Position numbers and translations under genes: made by a program | In this document: positions 41,032-50,475 of the stretch, one piece after another | Layout: the number at the start of each line of letters is the position of its first letter | Numbering within the stretch: position 1 is the stretch's first letter | Assembly: GCA_963834265.1 (NCBI GenBank) | Contig: CAWIAU010000001.1 | Coordinates: 535,523-586,345, forward strand | Length of the DNA: 50,823 nucleotides | Source: an uncultured bacterium | GTDB lineage: Bacteria; Patescibacteriota; Saccharimonadia; Saccharimonadales; 2-12-FULL-41-12 | Direction: 5' to 3' | Notes under the pieces: generated by a model | The model's database searches: none | What the model saw: the letters and a program-made list of their open reading frames with translations, nothing else | What the model was told of the DNA's origin: nothing

Positions 41032-41778
41032 TCAGTCCCTGGTCTTGTGCTTACCGAATTCATACTTGTAGGGATTGTTTTCGAGATTGTAGCTGTGCGT
41101 ATGACGATAAACTTCATTAAGAAAACCCTTGAGCACAAAACCCATTCCCTCTTCGCGGAAACGCCGCAGGTCAAGATAGTAATAAGTGCTGGTCACGAAG
41201 CCGAAGCCCTGCTTTCCTGCCCGTGATACATAATCGTAATCTTCGCCGAAACGAATTTTTTCATTAAAGCCTCCCAGACTTTCGAATAAATCACGTCGGG
41301 TCAGGATACACCATCCCGCAGCTACGGGGTGCCGTGTATTTGCCAGTACTCTGACATACCTGTAATTGAACCATGTGCCAAAACGCTCTAATACCGATGC
41401 GTTTCGCACCTTCATAGGTGTGGAAGCAGTTTGCCATCCTATTTGCGCTGCATTATCGACCAGAATTTTTATAAAATCCGGGTCATCTATATCATTATCG
41501 GCGTCCAGAAATAATAACCATTCTCCGCGGGCTTTGGCAGCGCCGATATTCCTCCCGTTGGACGGACCTTTGGGCGGTGATTGAATAAATGTCAGTTCAA
41601 GTTTATCCGTGTACCGTTTGACGACATCAGGTGTGCTGTCCTTTGACTCGGCATCAGAGACAATCACCTCGAAAGAACTGTGAGATTGTCCGGAGAGTGC
41701 ATCCAGCAGGCGGTCAATGTAGCTCGCCTCGTTATAAGCAGGAATGACAACCGAAACGTCGGGTTTTGAATCTTTCAT
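41032..41778 (-). CDS. Glycosyltransferase family 2
   Basis: VIPAYNEA, RNIGA, FLDAD, GGFNE..GEDYD. Confidence 0.9.
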   Translation of the reverse strand: MKDSKPDVSVVIPAYNEASYIDRLLDALSGQSHSSFEVIVSDAESKDSTPDVVKRYTDKLELTFIQSPPKGPSNGRNIGAAKARGEWLLFLDADNDIDDPDFIKILVDNAAQIGWQTASTPMKVRNASVLERFGTWFNYRYVRVLANTRHPVAAGWCILTRRDLFESLGGFNEKIRFGEDYDYVSRAGKQGFGFVTSTYYYLDLRRFREEGMGFVLKGFLNEVYRHTHSYNLENNPYKYEFGKHKTRD

Positions 41779-42287
41779 AGAATTTGCTTCAGCTGGTCCG
41801 AAATCTGTTTGTCGCCGGAAATCCTGATGACGGGTTCGTGGGCCCGGGGCAGATCTATCTGATTTATTAACCGGTCGAATGTCCGTGGATCCATATTGCC
41901 GAAAGGCCGGTGCGGAGGCTTATTTCCCGATTCTTCAGTTGCCCTTTTTTTAGCCAGTCCCGCATCAGTCTTTATATAAATAAGCCTGGTTTCTGCGCCT
42001 GTTCGCACGGCAATGTCATATTTATCCTTCCGGTGCTGGTAATTGTTCAGGTTGGCGTCGTAAATTGTGCTGACTCCGCCGGCCAGCAGAAGCTCCGTCA
42101 GATAATCGAGGGCATTATAGATCAACTCATGTTCTTCCTCGGTAAATTTTGGTTCTTTGAATAAATGTTGACGAAACCGGTCTGAATTCAGATGTATAGC
42201 GCCCGTTATTTGAGATATATGCTCGGCAGTAGTTGTTTTACCGGCACCCGGATATCCCAGCATCATATATAAAGTCGGTTTGCTCAT
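41775..42287 (-). CDS. P-loop kinase (AAA_33-like)
   Basis: GYPGAGKTT, LNSD..R, IYDAN. Confidence 0.85.
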   Translation of the reverse strand: MSKPTLYMMLGYPGAGKTTTAEHISQITGAIHLNSDRFRQHLFKEPKFTEEEHELIYNALDYLTELLLAGGVSTIYDANLNNYQHRKDKYDIAVRTGAETRLIYIKTDAGLAKKRATEESGNKPPHRPFGNMDPRTFDRLINQIDLPRAHEPVIRISGDKQISDQLKQIL

Positions 42288-44557
42288 TGCTTATACTTTA
42301 TCATCAGGGTTCTGCCCATTGCCATAATCATTTGATGGACCTGGTGATATTCATCAGGCATAGGTTGCGCGTCAAACTTTTTAGTAAGCTGCTTGTCTGT
42401 CTTTTTGAAATAGCTAAATATGAAACTCAAAGCTGATTTTGAAGGTTCCTTAGTTTTTACTAAGTAAGATATATCGGTAATATGATTCTGCATTCTGTCC
42501 GATATTTTCATGATCAGAGCCAAGGGGTTATCGGCTAATTGCTGTGCATTAGCTGCGCGACGGGTATCTTCATCGGTAATATGACTCAGGCTGGTCATCG
42601 GAAGCACTAAACCACTGACAGCAGCACTATATTTTTCTGTTATGAGAGCCTGGCTGACAGCCGCTAAATCTTCTACCGAATCATGGAGAAGCAACGCCGT
42701 TATATTGTCGGATAAATATTCAGTTGGATTACCGTCACTTCCCCAGTGCATCGCGGTTTGTGCTGCCATTAAAGCGCCGTGAAATGCCGCAGGCATCAGG
42801 TGACCTTCGAGCTGGCTGACCCCGTTATGCCGAAACGGCAACTCGAGACTTTCCAACAACTCCAGAGCTCTGGTAATTTGAGGATCATCCCGCAAGTCAG
42901 GGTCTATTGAGCATACCAGATCAATGAACTGTGTTTTGGTAAGATTTTCGGGCGGTAAAAATATATCTCCCTCGAGTCCTGCATCCTGAAGAGTCTCCCT
43001 TGCAAAGTCTGCCAGTCCGTTAGGCAACAGAATACGGGCGTTACCGATTTCAACCAGTGAATAAATCTCATGCATGGGTGTGTCCAGTTCGGGCAGGCGC
43101 TTTATCATTTCGAACCATCCGTTTGGATTCAGGACCTGATTGGCTGATTTGTCGCGTACATGCTTCGCCCGGGGACCAATAGTGCGCAGATCATCAACAA
43201 TTTGTTTAGTTCCTTCTACGCCGGTTTTGAACAAATCATGGGCTGCCCAGTCGTATGTATTGCCCTTTTCGTCTTTGTGCCGCAGAATATGGAGCTCAAA
43301 TGGAACGGTTTCGCCGTCAATATGAGCCATAAATGCAAGGTGTATGCTTCTGTATCCGGAGCTGCGGGGATTGTTGATCAGATCCTCAAATGCCGGTTCT
43401 CCTTCTACCGGATGTCTTAGCTCTATTGATCCGTTGTGCCCGCTGGCTGTGATCCTGGCTGCCACAGCTTCTGCAAAAGCATGCACTGTTTCTTCGTCAA
43501 AGTAATCAGGCAATAATCTCTTATACCCTATACCATCGGATACCTGACTATTGGCTTTATCTTTGAATTTAACAGCATGTTTTTTGCTGATTGATCCCAC
43601 GCTCTTTACTCTGCGGCTTCCATGTTGCTGAATTTCTGCTTCAAGATAATCTGTTCGATAATCGCTCACTATTTCGGTTCTTACTAATTCCTCTAATGCC
43701 TCACTCTCAAGTATGTCAGCGATAGCTCCATCGATTGCCGGTGTAATGACCGTATCTTCCAGCAGGTCGATATATGTGACAGATAGTTCGTGTTGTATTC
43801 TTCCCTTTGCTACGATTTCCGGATCGTCATAAAAAAATTCCAGAGCTTTACCCCGCCCCTCGCTAGACAGGCTGGTCATGCCGTATAAGCTTGTGGCAGG
43901 TCCGAGAGCTGTAAGCGTTTCTATGCAGTCCCGGTGAGTTGATGCCGGATTATTCGGGGGAGGATTATCAAAATTATCTATAAATTCAATCAGATTAATA
44001 GCAGGTGCTTCGACATCGCGTTTGAGCATAGAGCGGCGCAAAGCTGTTGTATCGAACCTCCGGATGCCGGCAGATTTCAGAACACGGATATCAATATTAA
44101 TCTTTCTTGCTTCTTTCGGGTCTGATGCGGCTATCAACATCTTTCTCTCATGTTCCGGCCGGTCGTTAAATAAAGTTGCAACCTCCGATCTCCAGGCTTC
44201 GCCCACTTCTTCTTCCCACAGGCTGGCGCTGATGCCACAGCCGATAGCGTACTGGAGTGTGTACCTATCGCTAACCTGATTGTTGTGCAGATCTGTCAGT
44301 AATTCTACAGCCTTTCGTCGGGTTGGTTCGTCCGGAGGATCTACCAAACGGTCGACAACATCATGCATTTCTATTGCAAGTTCCATCCCAGGAGTGTCCA
44401 GATTATGCTTCGCAAGCGTGGCCAGCAGACGGTCGTTATGTCCCGGATAACGGCTATCCGGTCCGAATAACTCAATGACGGTTCGTCGTCCTAATTCCTG
44501 ATCAGAAGGTTCTGACAGACCCGGTTCATATCCGGTACCGGATTCTCCACTATACAT
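42284..44557 (-). CDS. RelA/SpoT homologue: degenerate HD - synthetase - C-terminal HD hydrolase
   Basis: Synthetase RVKS..S...K, DGIG, NPRSSGYRSIH, FELHI, AAH.LFK. C-terminal R..G.....H, ALLLHDSVED, KISDRMQN. Confidence 0.8.
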   Translation of the reverse strand: MYSGESGTGYEPGLSEPSDQELGRRTVIELFGPDSRYPGHNDRLLATLAKHNLDTPGMELAIEMHDVVDRLVDPPDEPTRRKAVELLTDLHNNQVSDRYTLQYAIGCGISASLWEEEVGEAWRSEVATLFNDRPEHERKMLIAASDPKEARKINIDIRVLKSAGIRRFDTTALRRSMLKRDVEAPAINLIEFIDNFDNPPPNNPASTHRDCIETLTALGPATSLYGMTSLSSEGRGKALEFFYDDPEIVAKGRIQHELSVTYIDLLEDTVITPAIDGAIADILESEALEELVRTEIVSDYRTDYLEAEIQQHGSRRVKSVGSISKKHAVKFKDKANSQVSDGIGYKRLLPDYFDEETVHAFAEAVAARITASGHNGSIELRHPVEGEPAFEDLINNPRSSGYRSIHLAFMAHIDGETVPFELHILRHKDEKGNTYDWAAHDLFKTGVEGTKQIVDDLRTIGPRAKHVRDKSANQVLNPNGWFEMIKRLPELDTPMHEIYSLVEIGNARILLPNGLADFARETLQDAGLEGDIFLPPENLTKTQFIDLVCSIDPDLRDDPQITRALELLESLELPFRHNGVSQLEGHLMPAAFHGALMAAQTAMHWGSDGNPTEYLSDNITALLLHDSVEDLAAVSQALITEKYSAAVSGLVLPMTSLSHITDEDTRRAANAQQLADNPLALIMKISDRMQNHITDISYLVKTKEPSKSALSFIFSYFKKTDKQLTKKFDAQPMPDEYHQVHQMIMAMGRTLMIKYKQ

Positions 44558-44582
44558 CAATATATTATACCACAGAAGTCAA

Positions 44583-45149
44583 CTAGAAGTCAATGCCGGG
44601 GTTGGCCAGGAATTTGTCGTCAAAATGATGTTTTAGTTTGGTCATATCTGTAGCGATATCCACTTTATCAACAAGCTCCGCGGGGAAATTGCGGCCTGTA
44701 AAGCACAGACTGGTTCCCTGCGAGCGTTCTTCGATCAATCGCTCAAGATAGGATTTATCCAACAGTCCGTCATGGACGGCATTATTGATCTCGTCGCAGA
44801 TAACCAGATCGTATTTACCGCCGGTTGTTGCCTCCAGTGCTTCCTGATAGGTTTCTTCGGCCGCTTCTTTGTGCTGATCGCTGGTAATGCTCTTCGCACT
44901 TAATTCACCGGCTTCGTAAAAACCCTTACCGCCCTTATAAAAATGCAACTGGTCTTTGTACATGGGCATGATGTCGTGGATAAATACATGCTCGCCAACA
45001 CCCCAGTACTTGATGAACTGAATAAACGCCACATTCCAGCGATTACCCAGAGCACGTCCCATCAGTCCCAGGGCTGCACTCGTTTTGCCCTTTCCCTCGC
45101 CCGTATAAACGATGAGAACCGATTCTTTCTGCTTATAATCATCAAACAT
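44583..45149 (-). CDS. btuR: Cob(I)yrinic acid a,c-diamide adenosyltransferase (CobA/BtuR/CobO)
   Basis: YTGEGKGKTSAALG, QFIK, DLVICDEIN, TGR, KHHF...GIDF. Confidence 0.9.
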   Translation of the reverse strand: MFDDYKQKESVLIVYTGEGKGKTSAALGLMGRALGNRWNVAFIQFIKYWGVGEHVFIHDIMPMYKDQLHFYKGGKGFYEAGELSAKSITSDQHKEAAEETYQEALEATTGGKYDLVICDEINNAVHDGLLDKSYLERLIEERSQGTSLCFTGRNFPAELVDKVDIATDMTKLKHHFDDKFLANPGIDF

Positions 45150-45198
45150 ACTCGTCTAAGTTTAAATCGAAAAGCAAATCGAGGAAAGAAATAAATGC

Positions 45199-45744
45199 TT
45201 ATCGGGGAACTTCAGGCATCGTCAGTTCCAGCACTCTTCCGGCATTTCTGAGTATTTCCACGGGATGAGAAGTTTGCCGGTGTTCACCAGGAGCACACAC
45301 AAATGCGGCAAGCGGTTCGCGCGAAGACATGACAACAAAACAGCCTAACTGGTTCCATGATTCAACCATATCCGGAAACAGGTCTCTATAATCCTTCGGA
45401 TCGATCTGGTGAGCCAGGCGTATGCGCGGAACAGTACTGTGGTGGGGATCCCCGGGATTATCGTAGCTACTGTTAATTTCTTTGTTAAAAAGTGGCGCAT
45501 AAAGTCTGCCCATACTCAGGGTTGTTCGGACATATCTAAGAAATCCTGCCTCCGGGTCAGAATTTTGCGCATCTGATATGAGTATTAACGATGCGTTTTC
45601 ATCTTCACGTTTCATTGCTCGTGTGGCTGCAGAAGCTATTTTTTGAGCAAGTAAATAAAATCCGGTTGGTTCATCCCTGAATACTAAATTTTTTCCAAAA
45701 ACTTCAGCCTGTTTTTTAGTTACCGAATGCGAAGGTAGCTCCAT
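45199..45744 (-). CDS. Hypothetical protein
   Basis: 181-aa ORF preceded by TTGACT-17-TATTGT, 8 nt before the ATG. Confidence 0.6.
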   Translation of the reverse strand: MELPSHSVTKKQAEVFGKNLVFRDEPTGFYLLAQKIASAATRAMKREDENASLILISDAQNSDPEAGFLRYVRTTLSMGRLYAPLFNKEINSSYDNPGDPHHSTVPRIRLAHQIDPKDYRDLFPDMVESWNQLGCFVVMSSREPLAAFVCAPGEHRQTSHPVEILRNAGRVLELTMPEVPR

Positions 45745-45910
45745 ATATTTTTACAATAACAACAAAGATACGTAAAGTCAAATATATTCTCCTTATGTTA
45801 ATTATTGTCAATATAAATATTTTACCCATTCACGTCGGTTAAGCTTACCCACTATCTCTTATAGCTGTAGGAAGTGTTAGAATAAAAGGGTTAAACAGGA
45901 GATTTTTATT

Positions 45911-46231
45911 ATGCGTCCGGATGCAATTGAAGGATCATTAATCGGATCTCCGCCCGGAGTGGCAGGAGAAGTTGATGATATGCGACCACGAAGGGTCTTT
46001 GGTAATTTAGCAGCAGCAATTTTAACAGCAAGGCAGCTCTTAGGTCGCTCAAGAGAGGATAGCTCATCCACAGTTGATTTACCTGCGCAAACTGATGATA
46101 CTTCTGTTGCAGAGCCTTTAGAGAGTACTGCAATATTTTTGCCTGATTTGCCGTCACCGGTCTCTTCGTCGCGACTGGGGCAATATAGTGCTTATGATCC
46201 GGTAGTTCAGGCGTTTCGCCGATCCAGATAA
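45911..46231 (+). CDS. Hypothetical protein
   Basis: 106-aa ORF with AGGAG RBS. Confidence 0.55.
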   Translation: MRPDAIEGSLIGSPPGVAGEVDDMRPRRVFGNLAAAILTARQLLGRSREDSSSTVDLPAQTDDTSVAEPLESTAIFLPDLPSPVSSSRLGQYSAYDPVVQAFRRSR

Positions 46232-46355
46232 ATTTGTCGGTGTGTAACGATAGCATCAGAATTATTTGTGTTCATCGGAACGGTGGTATGGCTTTATAGA
46301 ATCAGATTATACCGTCATTGACCTGAGTGTATCAGAGGTGGTATATTAATATGAC

Positions 46356-46649
46356 ATGCTTATGGCCGCCAACAAGACGACCAATTTGGAGAATCAGACG
46401 CCCGTTGCCGGTAATGGTAACAATGATGCTATGCGTCGTTTGTTTTTTGTGAGTGTCCTCAATATGAGCTGGCAGCTGGCTATTGTTGTGTTGGTACCTA
46501 TAATCGGTGGATTCAAGCTGGACCAGAAATTCGGGACACTGCCGGCACTGACAATCATTGGGTTTATCACGGCAATGGTGTGTATGGCCATAGTACTCCG
46601 GCGACAACTAAAAACGTTTGGTCCGCCACCAAAAGACAGTAATACATGA
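46356..46649 (+). CDS. AtpZ/AtpI-family ATP synthase accessory protein
   Basis: Two TM helices with GG..LD..FGT.P. First gene of the atp operon. Confidence 0.8.
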   Translation: MLMAANKTTNLENQTPVAGNGNNDAMRRLFFVSVLNMSWQLAIVVLVPIIGGFKLDQKFGTLPALTIIGFITAMVCMAIVLRRQLKTFGPPPKDSNT

Positions 46650-47497
46650 TTAATTTTTTTGCTGCCAACGAAAGCGGTCCGAATATACATATAGCTCCCG
46701 GCGAAGTGGGACGTATTGGTGATTTTACTATCACCAACTCTATGCTCTATGGTTGGTTTACGACATTATTCATAGTATTCCTCTTGATCTGGGTGGCACG
46801 GCGCGTAACGCTCAGGCCAAAGGGTGGTTTGGTGCAGTTTATAGAGCTTGGCGTGGACTTCATAACCAATCTTGTCGAGGGAGCTTTCGATAATCCCAAA
46901 GTCGGCCGCAAATATGTACCATTCTTTGTAACATTATTTTTCTTTATACTACTCAGTAATTTGTTAGGACTTCTGCCACTGGTCGGTGAAGGATTTAAGT
47001 CAGGTGATAACCCGTTGTTTCGTCCTTTTACAGGTGATTTGAGTGGTACGCTGGCCCTCGGAGTCATAACTATGGTTCTGGTATATGTTGCCTCTGTCCG
47101 TGAGGCTGGTGGCTTCGGACATTATATCCGGCATTTTTTTGTGGGCAGTCCATGGAATCCATTGTTCTTTTTTATAGGAATATTGGAGATGATCACTGAT
47201 ATGACACGCGTTCTAAGCCTGTCTCTGCGACTTTTTCTGAATATTGCTATCGGCGAAATAGTCATAGCTGTTTTCGCATATCTGGGAAGTGCTGCGGCTC
47301 CACTGACTGCCCTGCCTTTCTATCTGCTTGAAATTCTTGTAGCGGGTCTTCAGGCGTACATATTCACGATCTTAGGCGTCATGTTCCTGGCCATTGCAGC
47401 AAATAGTGCCGGTGAGCACGGCGAGCATAGCGACTTGACCGAAGATAAAGTTTCCGGCACAATGAAAGCAGCACACGGGGAGGCATCCAGTGGGTAG
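46646..47497 (+). CDS. atpB: ATP synthase subunit a
   Basis: FILLSNLLGLLP, LSLSLRLFLNI, LQAYIF. Confidence 0.95.
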   Translation: MINFFAANESGPNIHIAPGEVGRIGDFTITNSMLYGWFTTLFIVFLLIWVARRVTLRPKGGLVQFIELGVDFITNLVEGAFDNPKVGRKYVPFFVTLFFFILLSNLLGLLPLVGEGFKSGDNPLFRPFTGDLSGTLALGVITMVLVYVASVREAGGFGHYIRHFFVGSPWNPLFFFIGILEMITDMTRVLSLSLRLFLNIAIGEIVIAVFAYLGSAAAPLTALPFYLLEILVAGLQAYIFTILGVMFLAIAANSAGEHGEHSDLTEDKVSGTMKAAHGEASSG

Positions 47498-47550
47498 GTT
47501 ATTCTTGCGTTAGATTTTGAGAAGTAAATAATTAACAGGAGTTTATCAAC

Positions 47551-47787
47551 ATGGATATATTAGCAGCAGAAACAATCAATACCGCGATTATCGCCAAAGG
47601 CCTGATGATCGGAGGCGGGTTCATAGGACCAGGAATCGGAATAGGCCTGATAGGCGGTAACTACCTGACAGCGGTCGGCCGCAACCCCGGCGCATCGAAG
47701 TTCCTGTTAGGCCAGGCACTGATCTTCGTAGCAATTGTTGAGTTATTCGGGTTGTTGGCCTTTGCGTCAATCTTTATTGTTAAATAA
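47551..47787 (+). CDS. atpE: ATP synthase subunit c
   Basis: GxGxGxG helix, GRNP loop, AIVE carboxylate. Confidence 0.95.
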   Translation: MDILAAETINTAIIAKGLMIGGGFIGPGIGIGLIGGNYLTAVGRNPGASKFLLGQALIFVAIVELFGLLAFASIFIVK

Positions 47788-47912
47788 CTTAGGATACTTG
47801 AGAAAATGCACATTTTGAACGAAAAACTGCGCTTCGCACTCACCGTACCTAAAAGTACGGTTCATTTGCGGTACTCGTTTTCAAACCGCACTATTTTTCA
47901 AGAATCCCTGAG
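47788..47912. repeat. ~125-bp palindromic (MITE/RPE-like) element
   Basis: Imperfect terminal IR CTTAGGATACTTGAGAAAAT / ATTTTTCAAGAATCCCTGAG and central hairpin ACCGTAC-ctaaaa-GTACGGT. Confidence 0.6.
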
Positions 47913-47963
47913 CACTGGCTATATTAATAATAAGACTGCCCCTGAGCAAGTAGAGTTGAGCAA

Positions 47964-48503
47964 ATGATGGATGGTTTTATTATGAATTTTGGGGCTGAGG
48001 AAGTTTCCGGTATCGGAGCTCTCGGGTTCGATGGTAAAGCTTTTTTGATCCAGATGGTTACCTTTTTGCTGGCATACATAGTATTACGTAAGTATGCCTT
48101 TGGTCCGATACTGGAAGTACTTCGCCGCCGCCGCGAGACAATAGAAAGCAGTGTGAAACTGACAGAAGATTTGCAGAAAGAAAAAGATAAACTCGAATCT
48201 ACAGTCGAGAAGACTCTGCATGAAGCACGCGCCCAAGCCGACGAAATGATAGCCGGCGCACAAGAATCCTCCCGTCAGGTTGTGCGCGAAGCCGAAGATA
48301 AAGCCCGTGAAAAAGCTGCTTCGATTGCTACTGAAGCTAAGTCCCGAATTGCTGCCGATACTGCCATAGCACGGGAGCAGATGAAACAGGAAATCGTGGG
48401 GTTGATCTCCGATGCTACCGAAGTTATAATTGACGAAAAAGTTGATAGTAAGAAAGATGCAGATCTGATCAAAAAAGCACTTCAGGGGAGCCAGCGGGCG
48501 TGA
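47964..48503 (+). CDS. atpF: ATP synthase subunit b
   Basis: N-terminal TM (QMVTFLL...), RR..I, long coiled coil, operon position. Confidence 0.92.
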   Translation: MMDGFIMNFGAEEVSGIGALGFDGKAFLIQMVTFLLAYIVLRKYAFGPILEVLRRRRETIESSVKLTEDLQKEKDKLESTVEKTLHEARAQADEMIAGAQESSRQVVREAEDKAREKAASIATEAKSRIAADTAIAREQMKQEIVGLISDATEVIIDEKVDSKKDADLIKKALQGSQRA

Positions 48504-48904
48504 GACAGTCACGGATAAAAATTTCTCAGGTCATAGCTGACAAAACTTTGCAAAGCGGAGTCAGTAAGAATCTGGCTGAAGAAATCGCTGCCTATTTGCT
48601 GGCCGAACGAAGAGTCAGTGACCTGAGTTCCCTTGCCCGAGATATACAGGGCATGCGTGCTGAAGCCGGATATGTGGAGGTCCTGGTGTCAAGTGCGCAC
48701 AGCCTGACCGCCGAGGTCAAAGATCAAATTACCGCCACAATAAAAAATCTGTATCCGGATGCAATAGAAATACTGGTTACAGAGGTTCATGACCCGGCAA
48801 TCATTGGCGGTGTCCGGTTGAATCTGGCCGATATACAGCTGGATCTGACTCTGCGAGCCAGGCTGAACAAGTTAAAACAATTAACGCTGACAGGAAACAA
48901 TTAA
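48500..48904 (+). CDS. atpH: ATP synthase subunit delta (short)
   Basis: V.SAH.L, DPAIIGG, D.TLR.RL; operon position. Confidence 0.88.
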   Translation: MRQSRIKISQVIADKTLQSGVSKNLAEEIAAYLLAERRVSDLSSLARDIQGMRAEAGYVEVLVSSAHSLTAEVKDQITATIKNLYPDAIEILVTEVHDPAIIGGVRLNLADIQLDLTLRARLNKLKQLTLTGNN

Positions 48905-50466
48905 TGGGCTCTACTGACTTATCAATCAAGGAATTATCAGACGATATCAGATCTGCGATCTCGCAGTTAAAACAGCGTCCTGAAATAGAAGCTGTCGGTG
49001 TCGTGACACGGGTTGGCGATGGTATTGCATGGATCTATGGTCTGAGTGCTGCCGGCTACAATGAGATGCTCGAGATTGATGGAGAGAATGGCCGCAAAGT
49101 TACAGCTTTTGCTTTCAATCTCGGAGAGGATGAAATCGGTGCTGTACTGCTGGGCGAAGATACTAACATTAAGGCCGGAGCCAAAGTTCGTCTGAGCGGA
49201 AAAGTTTTGGAAGTGCCGGTCGGACCTGAGATGGTAGGACGTGTGGTGGATCCGCTGGGCAATCCTCTGGATGGCGCCGGAGCGATCAAAACCTCCCGGA
49301 CCAGCCGGGTTGAACGTACCGCGCCGGGCGTACTGGACCGCAAAAGCGTTCACGAGCCATTAATGACCGGCCTTGTAGCTATTGACTCGATGATTCCTAT
49401 CGGCCGCGGCCAGCGTGAACTGATAATCGGCGACAGGCAGACAGGTAAAACAGCCATTGCCGTCGATACCATGGTCAATCAGGCCCGTCAAAAGACAGGC
49501 GTGATTAATGTCTATGTTGCTATCGGCCAGAAATTATCCAAAGTTGCTGCGCTGAAAGACCGTTTAACCCGTGAGGGCGTAATGGATCAGACAATTATCG
49601 TAGCCACCGGTCCTTCTGATCCTGCTGCCATGCTTTATCTTGCCCCTTACACCGGTGCAGCTATGGGCGAATATTTCCGTGATAATAAACAGCACGCATT
49701 GATCATATATGATGATCTGACCAAGCATGCTCAGGCTTATCGTCAGATGTCGCTGCTATTACGGCGTCCGCCGGGTCGCGAAGCCTATCCCGGCGACGTT
49801 TTTTATATACATTCCCGGCTTCTGGAGCGTGCTGCTAAGCTTTCTGACAACCTCGGGGCCGGTTCACTAACTGCCCTGCCAATCATAGAAACTCAGGCCG
49901 GCGACATCAGTGCTTACATCCCGACTAATGTTATTTCCATTACCGATGGCCAGATTTTTCTTGAAACAAACTTGTTCTATCAGGGGATCCGTCCGGCTAT
50001 TTCTGTCGGTCTTTCAGTCTCACGTGTCGGAGGCAGCGCTCAAACCAAAGCTATCAAAGCCGTTGGCGGCGGACTGAAGCTGGCATTGGCTCAGTTCCGG
50101 GAGCTTGCGGCCTTCTCGCAGTTTTCGACAGATCTTGATCCTGAGACCCGCCACACAATTGAACGCGGCCAGCGCCTGACCGAATTGCTCAAACAGCTGC
50201 AATACAGCCCTAAATCAATATGGGAAATGTACGCTGTCCTTTATGCCGCGACTCAGGGTACTTTTGATGAAGTTCCCGTAGATAAGATCAAACAAGCTGA
50301 GGATGCTCTGCTTCGTGAGCTCAAGTCAAAGCATGCCAGGCTTACAGAAACGCTAAATACCGGAGACAAAGTCAGTGACGACCAGAACGCATCTGTTTTG
50401 AAAGTTGCCAAAACAGTTGCCGGCACCTATATTACCGCCCCTGCAAAGAAATCCGGCAAGGAATAG
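48904..50466 (+). CDS. atpA: ATP synthase subunit alpha
   Basis: GDGIA, GRGQRELIIGDRQTGKT, PPGREAYPGDVFY. Confidence 0.97.
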   Translation: MGSTDLSIKELSDDIRSAISQLKQRPEIEAVGVVTRVGDGIAWIYGLSAAGYNEMLEIDGENGRKVTAFAFNLGEDEIGAVLLGEDTNIKAGAKVRLSGKVLEVPVGPEMVGRVVDPLGNPLDGAGAIKTSRTSRVERTAPGVLDRKSVHEPLMTGLVAIDSMIPIGRGQRELIIGDRQTGKTAIAVDTMVNQARQKTGVINVYVAIGQKLSKVAALKDRLTREGVMDQTIIVATGPSDPAAMLYLAPYTGAAMGEYFRDNKQHALIIYDDLTKHAQAYRQMSLLLRRPPGREAYPGDVFYIHSRLLERAAKLSDNLGAGSLTALPIIETQAGDISAYIPTNVISITDGQIFLETNLFYQGIRPAISVGLSVSRVGGSAQTKAIKAVGGGLKLALAQFRELAAFSQFSTDLDPETRHTIERGQRLTELLKQLQYSPKSIWEMYAVLYAATQGTFDEVPVDKIKQAEDALLRELKSKHARLTETLNTGDKVSDDQNASVLKVAKTVAGTYITAPAKKSGKE

Positions 50467-50475
50467 GTACGAAAC

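Noticed and set aside
47551..47787. Na+-coupled ATP synthase
   Set aside because: The c subunit has ...AIVELFG... without the Q...ES/T..Y sodium-binding signature.
281..50202. Numerous short antisense or alternate-frame ORFs in the ORF track
   Set aside because: They overlap well-supported genes and show no motifs, so they are treated as shadow ORFs.
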